This document shows, one piece after another, positions 1-12,355 of a stretch of DNA of 64,000 nucleotides. This DNA is from Octopus vulgaris (lineage: Eukaryota), in assembly GCA_951406725.2 (NCBI GenBank), contig OX597814.1, positions 105,896,001-105,960,000 of the forward strand. The letters are read 5' to 3'. The position numbers were made by a program, and so were the translations under genes. The notes beneath the pieces were generated by a model. It did no database searches. It was not told where the DNA came from and saw only the letters and a program-made list of their open reading frames with translations. Numbering within the stretch: position 1 is the first letter of the stretch; each line of letters begins with the position of its first letter.

Positions 1-173
1 CGGTGTTTGCATCGAGGGCCGGTCCAGACGTTTGCTGGCATCCTAGTTGCTTTCTGTGCTCAGTCTGTGATGAGCTTCTAGTTGACCTGATCTACTTTTA
101 TCAAGACAGCCAATTATATTGCGGTCGGCACCACGCGGAGCAATTGAAGCCCAGATGTGCCGCATGTGATGAG
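1..173 (+). CDS. pk: Prickle-family protein, internal coding exon (5' end outside window): end of LIM1 and start of LIM2
   Basis: Frame from 3 reads [57 protein letters not shown], typical Prickle LIM1 ([10 protein letters not shown]...[16 protein letters not shown]). Donor GAG|GTTAGT at 173/174, phase 0. Confidence 0.93.
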
Positions 174-305
174 GTTAGTACCACCATACAATTATAATTA
201 GCCATTTCTCATTTTGTTTCTTTCTATTATTATTATTGTTGTTGGTTGTGGCGGTGGTGGTGGTGGGGTGTACGGGTGACGAGCTGGCACAATCGTTACT
301 ATAAA

Positions 306-700
306 GGCGACAAGCTGGCATGAACGTTAGCACGCCGGGCGAAATGCGTAGCCGTATTTCGTCTGCCGTTACGTTCTGAGTTTAAATTCCGCCCAGGTCG
401 ACTTTGCCTTTCATCCTTTCGGGGTCAATTAAATAAGTACCAGTTACGCACTGGGGTCGATGTAATCGACTTAATCCGTTTGTTTGTCCTTGTTTGTCCC
501 CTCTGTGTGTAGACCCTTGTGGACAGTAAAGAAATAAGAATCGTTACTATGTCCGGCAAAACGCTCAGCGGCATTTCGTCCATCTTTTCGTCCTGAGTTC
601 AAATTCCTGCAAGGTCAATTTCGCCTTTCATCGTTTCGGGGTCGATGATAAAATAAGTACCAGTCCTCCCCCACCCCCGAAATTGCAGGCTTTGTGCAAA
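306..700 (+). mobile_element. tRNA-derived SINE family A, one near-full copy plus an adjacent degenerate copy
   Basis: Head GCTGGCA..CGTTAGCACGCCGGGCGAAATG, B-box-like GAGTTCAAATTCC, central GCCTTTCATCCTTTCGGGGTCGATAAA...AGTACCAG domain. Recurs >10 times in the window. Confidence 0.85.
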
Positions 701-1048
701 AATGTGACTCCTCTCTTATTATCATTATCATTGTTGTTGTAGTTGTTGTTATTTACTCCTGTAGATTGGAGAACAACATTTGGACGACAGCTTGTGCCCT
801 TGGTGACCAGGATAACCCTAAATCTGTGGGGTTCTTTGATTGGCCTTTGCTGGAGGTTCCGCTTCATCGTAACACAAATGTGTCCGCATGTTTTATATAC
901 TTTGTATTTCAGTCCCCCCTCTCCTTTGTCCCCCCTCATCTTTAATGTAAACCCCCGCACAAATTGTAAGCGGTCCTTGTAATGTCCCTCTCATTTTCTG
1001 CCCCTGTGGAAAATAAATCATTATCATCATCATCAGGATTATTATTAA

Positions 1049-1260
1049 GGTGGCAGGCTAGCAGAACCGTTAGCACGCCGGAGAAAAATGCTCGGCGGTA
1101 TTTCGTTCGGCTTTACATTCTGAGTTCCACAATACGGCGAAGGTCGACTTTGCCTTTCATCCAATCGGGGTCGATAAAACAAGTACCAGTTATGTACTGA
1201 GGTCGATGTCATTGCCAAGCCCCCTCTCGAAATTTCTGGCCCTGTTCCTAAAGTAGAAGG
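1049..1260 (+). mobile_element. SINE family A copy
   Basis: Same head and GTCGACTTTGCCTTTCATCC..GGGGTCGATAAA..AGTACCAG core. Confidence 0.8.
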
Positions 1261-1308
1261 AAATATTATTTGATTTTCAAGTTGAAGAAGTTGATTATAG
1301 CCTGAAAC

Positions 1309-1383
<75 letters not shown>

Positions 1384-1705
1384 ATCTCTTTATCTCTCTC
1401 TCTCTAACAGTTATCACTTTCGTTTTTAGATGTAGTTACTTTTTGTGCCAACAACTAGAGACAAGTTTTATAGGAAGAATGTATGTGGGGAGAGTGTGTG
1501 TGTGTGTGTGTTACGATGTAAAATTTCACAGCTGCTTCGCTCAGTTTCCTCGCAGCTAAAGGCATTTATTAAATGAACTGTTTCTGAATTTGATTATTGT
1601 ATATCGCTCACAGCTAACTCGACAGACAATGTCCTAATAAACGGACAGGATTTTATATAAAGTAATAAATAACTCTGTCTGCCTGTCCTTCCGTCCGTCC
1701 ATCTG

Positions 1706-1788
<83 letters not shown>

Positions 1789-1797
1789 GTCTGCCTG

Positions 1798-1842
<45 letters not shown>

Positions 1843-1911
1843 TTATCTATCTATCTATCAATATATATATATATATATTTATCCATCCACCTGTCTATCT
1901 ATCTATTTATC

Positions 1912-1969
<58 letters not shown>

Positions 1970-2139
1970 TGTAGATATATATACCTGTCTAGCGGTTTGT
2001 CTCTGTGTTTCCATCTCAGTTTCATTCAAACAAATAAAAAACGAGATTTTCCTAAGACACAATGCTTTGAGATCGATCTCAGTACTTCTTTCTGCAAATT
2101 TTGGAAATTCTTTGCTCACAGGGACTACGAAGGACCAGA

Positions 2140-2480
2140 GTCCTGACTAAGCAAATAGTTCCGGGTTCAGTCCCACTGCGTGGCACCTTGCACAGGTGTC
2201 TTCTACTATAGCCTCGGGCCGACCAAAGCCTTGTGAGCGGATTTGGGAGACGGAAACTGAAAGAAGCCCGTCGTATAAGTGTCTGTGTGCGTGTGTGTGT
2301 CCACCATCCTTTGGCAACCGATGCTGGTGTGTTTACGTCCCTGTAACTTAGCGGTTCGGCAAAAGTGACCGATAGAATAAGTACTAGCTTCGTAAAGAAT
2401 AAGTCCTGGGGTCGATTTGTTCGACTAAAGGCGGTGCTCCAGCATGGCCGCAGTCAAATGATTGAAACAAGTAAAAGAAT
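2140..2480 (+). mobile_element. tRNA-derived SINE family B (octopus OK/OR-like) with internal TG/TA microsatellite
   Basis: GGTTCAGTCCCACTGCGTGGCACCTTG..., GACGGAAACTGAAAGAAGCCCGTCG, tail GGCGGTGCTCCAGCATGGCCGCAGTCAAATGATTGAAACAAGTAAAAGA. Many copies in the window. Family name from recall, not a search. Confidence 0.85.
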
Positions 2481-3019
2481 GTGTGTTGTAACACAAGTCA
2501 CTCTGACAAGATGTCCCTTAGATTAAAAAATGAAAGTGCTATGGCCTTTCCCCTCCCCGCTAACAACCTTCCTATATTTAGAAGACCATCGATTTTATAG
2601 AATTCCCTCAGGTCAATGCTGTCAGTTCGAGTAGATATTTCTCGGTCTTCACCTTCTGACTATTGCATTTCTTCTCATGTACTCAAAGAATATACTCCCC
2701 CCCCCCCCCAACTCCTTCCCATTCGTTTTCGCCGGCGTCGAAAGTCTACAGTCTCTAACGATGAGACCGACCGCAATGTTACATGCAGTTTATTACTTGG
2801 AAACTTCTTGAAAGACGACATGTAATTCGGTTTAACGAAAACCTAATCGTTGTTTAGAAACTGAATTCGGTCATTCAATAAACCGTGACTGTGAATAGAG
2901 GAGGAGGGCGCACAACATATGCCTTATTCTTTTTCTCATACATGCATACATATATATATATGCATACACACACATATATATACATACATATATATATACA
3001 TACATAGATATATATACAT

Positions 3020-3070
<51 letters not shown>

Positions 3071-3138
3071 TAAAATGATGATACACAGATAGATACGGTG
3101 ATAAATAGTTAGTGATAGATACACAAATAGAGATAGAC

Positions 3139-3193
<55 letters not shown>

Positions 3194-3794
3194 CAGATAG
3201 ATAGATACACAAATAGAGATAGATAGATGGATGGATGGATGTGTGTAGTGTGCGCGTATGAGAGTGTTTGTGCTAACCTGAATATTTGTATGGATGTATA
3301 CCTGCCTTTAATTACGTCTGCGCACAGATGTATTTGAATTAAATTACTTATAAAGAAGCTTTCTGCATGTGTGTGAGTGTGCCTGTTTATGTGTGTGTAT
3401 ATATATAGATATATGTATGTAGAAAAGGTGAAAGAATTATCTCTGCAGTTGTACATACCACCATAATCATGCGTACAGTTTCGAATACGTGACCTTAATT
3501 TGTCAATTCTAGTTCGTGTATAAAAAGAAGAGTAAGAAAGAAAAAATGCAATAAATATAAGAGAACAATCAACATTTGGCACAAGCAATTTCTGAAGACT
3601 TTCATTTATCAAAAACGGAAGAGAATTTAGCCTTAGACATTTCCAATTCTCATGGGATCTTCTGTATTTCACTTTCAACTATTTCAAGATGGCGAGCGTT
3701 CAGTAATTATCATATGTGGAAACACTTGTTTACATAATGATATGCATGGGAAAATATATCTGTAAATACATGTGTCGATGTGTGTGTGTGTACT

Positions 3795-3991
3795 CTTTTT
3801 TATTTGTTTCAGTCATTAGATTGCGGCCATGCTGGGGCACCGCGTTGAAGAATTTTAGTTGAACGAATCTTCTCCGGTGCTTCTTGTTTTAAGCCTGGTA
3901 CTTATTCTACGATATCTTTTGCCGACCCGGTTTTAAAGCAGTGGAGGAGGGGGGGGCAAACACAGGCAACAAAGTCACACACACACACATC

Positions 3992-4047
<56 letters not shown>

Positions 4048-4200
4048 GACGAGCTTCCTTCTGTTTCCGTCTATTAATCCACTCTCAAGGCTTTGGTCGG
4101 CCTGAGGCTGTAGTAGAAACACTTGGCCAAGGTGCCACGCAGTGGTACTGAGCCTGGAACCATGTGGTTGGGATGCAAGTTTCCTATCACACAGCCCACG
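3795..4200 (-). mobile_element. SINE family B copy
   Basis: Reverse complement of family B head and tail around an internal (CA)n(TA)n. Confidence 0.8.
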
Positions 4201-4239
4201 TGACCAGTGTTCGGCCAAGCCTGTCCTTTCTCTCTTGGT

Positions 4240-4662
4240 TCGGCCGCTGTCCGTGCAATATCTATATTCTTCCCTGCGCCTTTGAAATCTCCTATCCCTG
4301 CCGTAAGGCTTTATTTCCACACTCGCCAGCTGAATTTAATTCGTCGTTACTCGAAAGTCACCTGTTGTTATGTCCTGTTATTTGAATTTGTGTAACCTTC
4401 TCCGTTTTTCTCCCGTCCTTGTTTTCGTATACATTCGCTGCTTTCTTCCAAGGAATCTAATGCTCTTCGCTTAGTTTTTCCTTGGGACTGGCCAGATTGG
4501 AGTAATCTCGAGTATAACCAGCCGCAATTGCAAAGATAATCTGGAACACGACTGAGGAAAGAAAACTCCGAATAACCCGTCTTTGTTTTCTTTGTATCGA
4601 TGTTTTGTTGTCCCTTTTTTGTATCACCTGTCTGGATGTTTTTGCGTTCTTGTCCCATTTTG

Positions 4663-4665
<3 letters not shown>
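4240..4665 (+). mobile_element. Short unclassified element with pyrimidine-rich 3' end abutting (TA)n, possibly a Penelope pLTR fragment
   Basis: Same architecture as the hammerhead-bearing fragments elsewhere. Weak CTGAGGA...CTCCGAA motif at 4548-4581. Confidence 0.35.
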
Positions 4666-4698
<33 letters not shown>

Positions 4699-4717
4699 CG
4701 ACGTACGTACACTTTGG

Positions 4718-4815
<98 letters not shown>

Positions 4816-5164
4816 ACCTACGATCTTTTGATTTCGGAGATTAGTGTGCTAATTGTTCGATGTACAGAACTACGTAGTTGAATATTCTTCAGACCTGAGT
4901 ACCGTTTGCGTAATTCTTAGGCAGAAACTCTGTGATACAGTGTGGGACAAGACTCTACATTTGATCTCCAGCTGCCATTCCAGCGGGTTGTTGCTTCTGG
5001 AATTTTCCGCACGAGGTTAGGGTCGATTTGAGGCTATACTACAACGCTTGACCAAGATACCAAGCAGTGGAATAGAACCTGGCATATCAGAGTTTGAAAG
5101 CAAATTTCTTTAATTTCGCACCTGATTATACACACCTGCCACACACACAGACAGACAGACAGAC

Positions 5165-5213
<49 letters not shown>

Positions 5214-5343
5214 TATAGATAGATAGGTAGGTAGGTAGGTAGGTAGGTAGGTAGGTAGGTAGGTAGGTAAGTAGGTAGGTAGGTAGGTAGGTAGGTAGGT
5301 AGGTAGGTAGGTAGGTAGGTAGGTAGGAAGGTAGGTAGGTAGG

Positions 5344-5385
<42 letters not shown>

Positions 5386-5543
5386 TGTTAAAGAGTGAAT
5401 TATCCGTGATTCTGTAAGCATATACAAACACAGATTGCCACAAACCAATGACTTCCCTGAACTTTTGTTCTCCCCGTCAAAATTCAATTTCCTTTCTGTC
5501 TCACTTCCTTTTCTCTTTCCAACACAAAACATCCACACAAAAA

Positions 5544-5627
<84 letters not shown>

Positions 5628-5820
5628 TTCTGTTTTTCTTCGATGTAGGGTATTTAATCCAAACTTAAAATTTTTCGTTAAACCCTTTTTTCTCTTTCTG
5701 ACTTAAACCTAAGACATAAATCTGAGTTTCCATTATTAGTCGTGGTGTTGTGTGTTTCAATAATAGTCTGCACTACGCGTTGCAGCAGCCGCAGTGGTAG
5801 TAGTAATGAGGGTGATAATT

Positions 5821-5854
<34 letters not shown>

Positions 5855-6882
5855 GTGGTGGTGGTGGTGGTATCTCATCTTATCTTTCTCCTCATCAGAA
5901 TCATTATTTGGGAGGTGTTAGATTAGGCACGCTGTATGTTTTGCTTAGATTCAGATTTGGGTTTAGTAATTTGGCGAAGACGGGTGTTGTCTTGGGAGTT
6001 GCTGATTGTTGAGAAAATAAAAGATTGCTTATGTTATTTCTAACGAACATTTTCAGTAAAAAAAAAAAAAAAAAAAGAAAGGAGATAGGCGAAGAGGAAG
6101 CGGTGATAATATTTCTTTCTATCTTATTATGAATTCTGGTTTTTTCATAGCAACGAGCATAGCAACAGGAAGCTCGTTTACCTTGATACCTAATGCAATA
6201 AGCATATTAGTAAGAGAGCAAACACTCGACTCTCGTTGATCCAGAGGCTTGGGTTGGGTTCTTCTAAGAGTCTCTATATCTCTATCAGGCATATTTATTC
6301 CCTTCCTTAATCACTCCTGTTTCGTTTAATCTAAGCCGTGAAGTAAATGGGTGAAATGTTGAGTTCGACTACAGTTGCATTCGAGTGTACGCTTGAGTGT
6401 TCACGGGACTAGAGTATTTATCCCAAACATACACACCTACATACATACATACATACATACATACATACATACATACATAAATACATACATAGATATATGT
6501 GTGTGTGTGTGTCTGTATGCCTGTTTATATGCATGTATGTATATATGTGTGTGTGTGTGTGTATATATGTTTATATGCCTGTGTATATGTGTGTATATAT
6601 ATATATGCATGTGTGTATGTATATACGTATATATATGCATGTGTGTATGTACATAAGTATATATACATGTGCATGTATATAAGTATGCATATGTATATAT
6701 ATATATATATATATATACGTGTATGTGTATATATATATGCATGTGAGTATGCATATAAGTATATATACATATACACGCATGTGAGTATATATATACATGT
6801 GTATATGTATATTAGTATATATATATATATATATATATATAAATATATGTACGTGTAGGTGTGTATATATATATATATATGC

Positions 6883-6926
<44 letters not shown>

Positions 6927-6935
6927 GTGTGTATA

Positions 6936-7005
<70 letters not shown>

Positions 7006-7439
7006 CATATGTGTGTATCTCTCTCTCTCTATACATATATATATATATATATATATATAGATATATACAGATGCAGACGTGTCCATGTTGTTCTTGTACT
7101 CAGCATATAAAGTTACTTCTAAAAGCAAATGGATGACCATCTGTTTCGGCGATGAGCAAACCTTATCTTCGATGAAATTAACCAAATTCTCAATGAGATT
7201 AGTTTCTATGTGGCTGAGAAATCCACAGACAAGAGGCTCCTAAACACGATTGTTAGGTAGACATAATGTTACGCAACGAGTGGCAAGGCTGTATCTTTGA
7301 ATTCCATGTACCATCCATCCGACAGGGATTCTCTACAGTTTCCCGCTGCCCAATTTCAACCACAAAGCTTAGGTTTTCCAGAGACTCTAATCCAAAAATC
7401 TTTAACGTGCTTCAGTGTGTGTAGGGGGGAATATGCGAA

Positions 7440-7678
7440 CTTATATATTTCTTTACTGCCCACAAGGGGCTAAACATAGAGGGGACAAACAAGGACAGAC
7501 AAAAGGATTAAATCGATTACATCGACCCCAGTGCGAAACTGGTACTTTATTTATCGACCCCGAAAAGATGAAAGGCGAAGTCGACCCCGGCGGAATTTGA
7601 ACTTAGAATGTAAGGACAGACGAAATACTGTTAAGCATTTCGCCCGGCGTGCTAACGTTTCTGCCAGCTCGCCGCCTT
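7440..7678 (-). mobile_element. SINE family A copy
   Basis: Full reverse-complement match from tail TTTCTTTACTGCCCACAAGGGG to head CTGCCAGCTCGCC. Confidence 0.85.
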
Positions 7679-7809
7679 ATGAAGATAGTATGTATAACGC
7701 TCCGGGACAGCGAGATGTTTCTCTCCTTTAGATGTTTCTGTGAGTCCTCACTTTCCAAAGAGTTTCTCATAACTACTCGCTGTTCATAGCGGGCGGTGAC
7801 GAGGATCGA

Positions 7810-8140
7810 TCAGTTCCAGTCGAACAAATCGACCGTTGTATGTCTTTCGTTTAAGACTGCTACTGATTTTATAGGTCTCTTTTTGACAAACTGGTAAGAT
7901 ACGGGGATGTAAACACACCAACACCGGTTGTCAAGTGGTAGCTGAGGACAAGCACAAAGGCACACACACACACACATATGCGACGGGCATCTTTCAGATT
8001 CCGTCTGCCAAATCTACTCACGAGGCTTTGGTCAGCTCGAGGCTACATTAGAAGATACTTGACCAAGGCTCCACGCAGTGGGACTGAACCTGGACCCATA
8101 TGGTTGGGAAGCGAGCTTCTTACCACACAGCCACGTCTGT
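7810..8140 (-). mobile_element. SINE family B copy (degenerate)
   Basis: GTAAACACACCAACACCGGTTGTCAAG, CACGCAGTGGGACTGAACC, CTTACCACACAGCCAC. Confidence 0.75.
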
Positions 8141-8289
8141 ATTTATAGGTATTTATATTCCCCACCCACTCTTCATTCTCTATCTCTAATTAGTACAGCT
8201 GAGATCAGTTTTTACATAGATCAGAAGTTGAGTAATTTTCTACAGTTGGCCTTGCCTCGGGAGTTTCTCATCCTTGGCAAGAAATGCTT

Positions 8290-8362
<73 letters not shown>

Positions 8363-8571
8363 CACAGATGTATAAATGTCTGAATATGCGCGAGAAGTAA
8401 TGAATGGATATGTTTATATCATGTGTGTTTATTTAGACAAACACATGCACTCACGAGCACGGGATGAGAAATAGAGAAAGAGAGAGAGAGAGAGAGAGAG
8501 ACGAAAAGAGATACGCATTCACACACATACACACATATATACACACGCACATACACATATGTGTATGTTTC

Positions 8572-8607
<36 letters not shown>

Positions 8608-8863
8608 CATACTGATATGTGTATATACATATATGAAGATGCATGTGTGTGTGTGTATATACACTCGCGATGTTATCTCTCCTATACAACAGAGACGTTT
8701 TTTCTTTTTTTCTTATCTTTCCTGACTCGAAAAGTAATTAGTGTATTAATATATTTTAGTCATTACACTCTGCTGTCATATTTCAGATTATATCATTGAT
8801 GTAGTAATTCCACCATTTTCAGTTAGAACTAAAATAGACTAATGGGGCCTTACGCATGTTTAT

Positions 8864-8897
<34 letters not shown>

Positions 8898-9264
8898 CGC
8901 ATACATACATATTGTTGCCTCCCCACACACACACATACACACCTTCTTTCTAAGTAGATCTGACTTTAGCATTTAGTGCAACGCATTCTTCTGATGTAAT
9001 CGAGTGTGAAGCGAAAATCGTTTGATGAAGACAGCAACGGGAAACGGCAGCAGCAGTAATAACTTATGTTAATGGAGAGGGGAGAGGGGTGGTGGGAGGG
9101 ACACAGTAACTCGTCATGGGAGGGTGTGTAAAATGCTGTTTCATGATGGTGACGATGATGATGATTGCTAAAAAGGTGCTGGGAGATACACACACACACA
9201 CACACACACATACATACACACACATGCAGACAGATAGACATATCTGTGTGTGTGTGTGCTTATC

Positions 9265-9990
9265 TTTTATTCTTTTCCTTGCTTCAGTCATTTGACTGCG
9301 GCCATGCTGAGGCACCATCTTGAAGAATTTTAGTCGAACGGATCGGCACCAGTGATTATTCATTTTTATGCCTGGTTCTTACTCTATCGGTAGTTTTTTG
9401 TCGAACTGCTAACGCTAGTGGGACGTAAACACAGCAACACCGGTTGCCAGGTGGCTGTGGAGGACAAACACAGATACAAAGACACACACGAGCATACGAC
9501 GGGCTTCTTTCGGTTCCCATCTACCAAATCCACTTACAAGGCTTTGGTCGACTCGAGGTTATAGAAGAAGGCACTTGCTCATAGTACCACGCAAGGGGAC
9601 TGAACCCAGAACAATGCGGTCGGGAAGTAAACTTGTTGTGTGAAACCTGCTTTGCATCCACGTGGTTTCGTGTTCAATCCTAATGTGCGGCACCTTGGGC
9701 AAGGTGTCTTATTCTAAGCGCCAAGTTGGCCAATGTCTTCTGAAATAATCTGCGAGGCGGAAACTGTGGGTAAGCCCGTAGTATGTATGTGAGTGTGCGT
9801 GTGCGTGTATCTCCCGCCCTCATTGACAACCACTGTTCGTTTGCGATTCCGTAAACTTGTGGTTCGACAAAACTGCTCAATGGAATAAGAATCAGGCTTC
9901 GGAAAATAAGTGCTGGAATTGATTCATTCGAACAATTCCTTCAAACTGGTGCCCCGGCATGGCTGCAGCCCAATGAAAGAAACAAGTTAA
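9265..9990. mobile_element. Two SINE family B copies head-to-head (9265-9635 minus, 9640-9990 plus)
   Basis: Opposite-orientation matches to the family B head, GGCACCTTGGGCAAG core and CAGCATGGCCGCAG tail. Confidence 0.75.
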
Positions 9991-10057
<67 letters not shown>

Positions 10058-10059
<2 letters not shown>

Positions 10060-10215
10060 AGAATTCACGAAAAAAAAAAGACGAAGACAGGTGGTGTAGA
10101 AAGCAAACAGATGTATTAGTATAACGCTCAGGAATAGAAAAAGTATTTTACGTTTCGAGCCTACGCTCTTCTACAGAAAGGGGCACAGAATAAAACAAGG
10201 AGAGAAAAGAATGTG
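10058..10215 (-). mobile_element. Penelope-type pLTR fragment abutting (TA)n (same family as 29125-29270)
   Basis: Reverse complement shares GAAGAGCGTAGGCTCGAAACGTAAAA and the CACC..TCTTCGTCTTTT tail with the 29125-29270 copy. Confidence 0.6.
10146..10180 (-). ncRNA. Minimal type I hammerhead-like motif, A6U core variant
   Basis: Minus strand: CTTT-CTGTAGA-A-GAGC-GTAG-GCTC-GAAA-CGT-A-AAAT. Confidence 0.55.
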
Positions 10216-10436
10216 TGTAGAAGGGTCAGACAGGAGAGCAAAGAAGTAGGGGAGATAACAAAGTAAAGATGACCCCCACAATGAAGGTGCGTGCGTGTGT
10301 GCGTGTGAGAGAGGGCTGGTGGTCTTGACGTGTGCGTATGTGTATGTGTAGGTGTGAAAATGTGGGGATGGGAATTGGTCAGTGCTGGTGTATGGGTGGT
10401 GTGATGTGATGTATAATATATATATATATATATATA

Positions 10437-10599
10437 GGCAGAGGATTGGCTGTGTGGTAAGACGTTGGCTTCCAAACCATATGGTTCTGGGTTCAAGTAC
10501 AACTGCGTAGTACGTTGGGCAAGTGTCTTCTAAATTGCCCTCAGCCAACGAAAAGCCTTGTGAATGGATTTGGTAGACGGAAACTGAAAGATGCCCGTC

Positions 10600-10600
<1 letters not shown>
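10437..10600 (+). mobile_element. SINE family B, 5' half (split by Penelope insertion)
   Basis: TGGCTGTGTGGTAAG...TTGGGCAAGTGTCTTCT...GCCCGTCG, then the internal (TA)n. Confidence 0.85.
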
Positions 10601-10663
<63 letters not shown>

Positions 10664-10750
10664 AAGGGTGAAAAGGAACACACGAGTTGATATATATGAA
10701 AAAACAAGTCAAAAATAGAAAATGCTAAAATAATTTTATAGTGAACATTT

Positions 10751-10788
10751 CAGTACCGATTTCGGTCATTTTGAGACCTTTTCAACTG
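10751..10788 (-). ncRNA. Type I hammerhead ribozyme motif (U3-A8 variant), left arm
   Basis: Exact reverse complement of the 12211-12248 motif. Confidence 0.7.
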
Positions 10789-11413
10789 TAACGATTAAAT
10801 AATTAAATTTAGAAAAATTAGAAGAAAAGTTTTTTTAAAAGAATATTTCTATAGTAGTGTTCAGATTTAAGTGGCATTCTGCCTTTCTCTGACTCCCTTG
10901 TTTGCACTTGTGTGTCGGAGGTCGTTGTGAGTTCTTGGAAGGGTAGTAGAGGAAGAAGGCTGGTGGGGAAAGGGGGATGGGAGAATCTGGGAGTGCCCTG
11001 ATGGTCGTATTTTGAATGGTCAGTGGCGGCTGGCAGTCTCAGTTCAATTCAGGAGAATATTTATATTGACAGGCTTGTTTATAGAATTAGCGTAGGTGTT
11101 ATACTAAAAAACATTAGTGACAAAGTTAAGGGGTAGGGGGTGGAGAAGTAGAAGAAGAAGAAGAAGAAGGAGAAGGAGAAGATGACGATGATGGTGGTGG
11201 TGGTGATGATTATGACGACGATGATGATGATAATGATGATGATGAAGAAGAAGAAGGAGGAGAAGGAGAAGATGGTGGTGATGATGGTGGTGATGATGAT
11301 GACGACGATGATGATGATAATGATGATGATGAAGAAGAAGAGGAAGAAGAAGAAGAAAAAAAACAGAGAAGGGGGAATATGAATGGGTGTAAGTATAGCT
11401 ATGAAGGGGCTGA

Positions 11414-11870
11414 TTAGTAATGGATTCTATGGAGTGTAATATTTGTGTGTGTATATATATTTTTTTCTTTTATTCTAAAGTTGAGGTATATTAATTGTTT
11501 GTCGTTAGACCCGTTTAGAAGTGGCTTGTATTTTGTAATAAAGAGATTTTCTTTACTTATTCGTTGTCTCGAGGTTGTATCGTCCCTAAATTGGTAGAGG
11601 GGGAAAATTCTGAAGTTTGGTGTTTTTTTGTTGGCGCAAGTATCTATGTGTTGGCTAAAAGCTATTTTTCTGTTTTGGGGAATTTTTATCTGGGATCTGT
11701 GCAGGGCCATTCGTTTACGCAAACCATTTTTTGTTTGGCCTATGTACTGCTCTTGACACCCGGAGCAGGTTAGTGAGTATATTAGGTTCTCCGAAGCACA
11801 TGTGGAGTTGCTTTTCACTGTAAACCGTTGTCCCTGCTTGAAGGAGAACTCTGATCCCTCAATTAGATAG
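11414..11870 (-). pseudogene. Truncated GIY-YIG endonuclease domain of a Penelope-like element (no RT present)
   Basis: YLIEGSEFSFKQGQRFTVKSNSTCASENLIYSLTCSGCQEQYIGQTKNGLRKRMALHRSQI...FSQH...ENLFITKYKPLLN: LIY/YIG motifs, catalytic-type Arg, Glu and Asn, and Cys residues as in Cys-containing PLE clades such as Neptune. Frame is open up to the inversion junction. Confidence 0.88.
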
Positions 11871-12210
11871 TCGCTTTGTCACTAATGTTTTTTAGTATAA
11901 CACCTACGCTAATTCTATAAACAAGCCTGTCAATATAAATATTCTCCTGAATTGAACTGAGACTGCCAGCCGCCACTGACCATTCAAAATACGACCATCA
12001 TGGCACTCCCAGATTCTCCCATCCCCCTTTCCCCACCAGCCTTCTTCCTCTACTACCCTTCCAAGAACTCACAACGACCTCCGACACACAAGTGCAAACA
12101 AGGGAGTCAGAGAAAGGCAGAATGCCACTTAAATCTGAACACTACTATAGAAATATTCTTTTAAAAAAACTTTTCTTCTAATTTTTCTAAATTTAATTAT
12201 TTAATCGTTA

Positions 12211-12248
12211 CAGTTGAAAAGGTCTCAAAATGACCGAAATCGGTACTG
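12211..12248 (+). ncRNA. Type I hammerhead ribozyme motif (U3-A8 variant), right arm
   Basis: CAG-TTGAAAA-GGTC-TCAAAAT-GACC-GAA-A-TCGG-T-A-CTG: stem I CAG/CTG, core UUGAAAA, stem II GGTC/GACC, GAAA, GUA cleavage triplet. Confidence 0.7.
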
Positions 12249-12297
12249 AAATGTTCACTATAAAATTATTTTAGCATTTTCTATTTTTGACTTGTTT

Positions 12298-12355
<58 letters not shown>

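Larger units (their letters stand above)
10696..12303 (-). mobile_element. 5'-truncated Penelope-like retroelement with inverted pseudo-LTR arms (10696-11125 and 11874-12303)
   Basis: 430-bp near-perfect inverted repeats flank a GIY-YIG endonuclease C-terminal ORF. Both ends abut (TA)n. Each arm holds a hammerhead motif. Confidence 0.9.

Noticed and set aside
174-197. ORF 3..197 continuing to VSTTIQL-stop
   Set aside because: Read-through into the intron. The GT donor at 174 joins in frame to 13844 to complete LIM2.
4820-4900. Minus-strand CTGAAGA...GAAATCAAAAGATC hammerhead candidate
   Set aside because: No convincing stem I pairing could be drawn.
7130-7180. Minus-strand CGAAGA...GAAACAGATGGTC hammerhead candidate next to (TA)n
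   Set aside because: Core and stems carry too many mismatches to call. May be a decayed copy.
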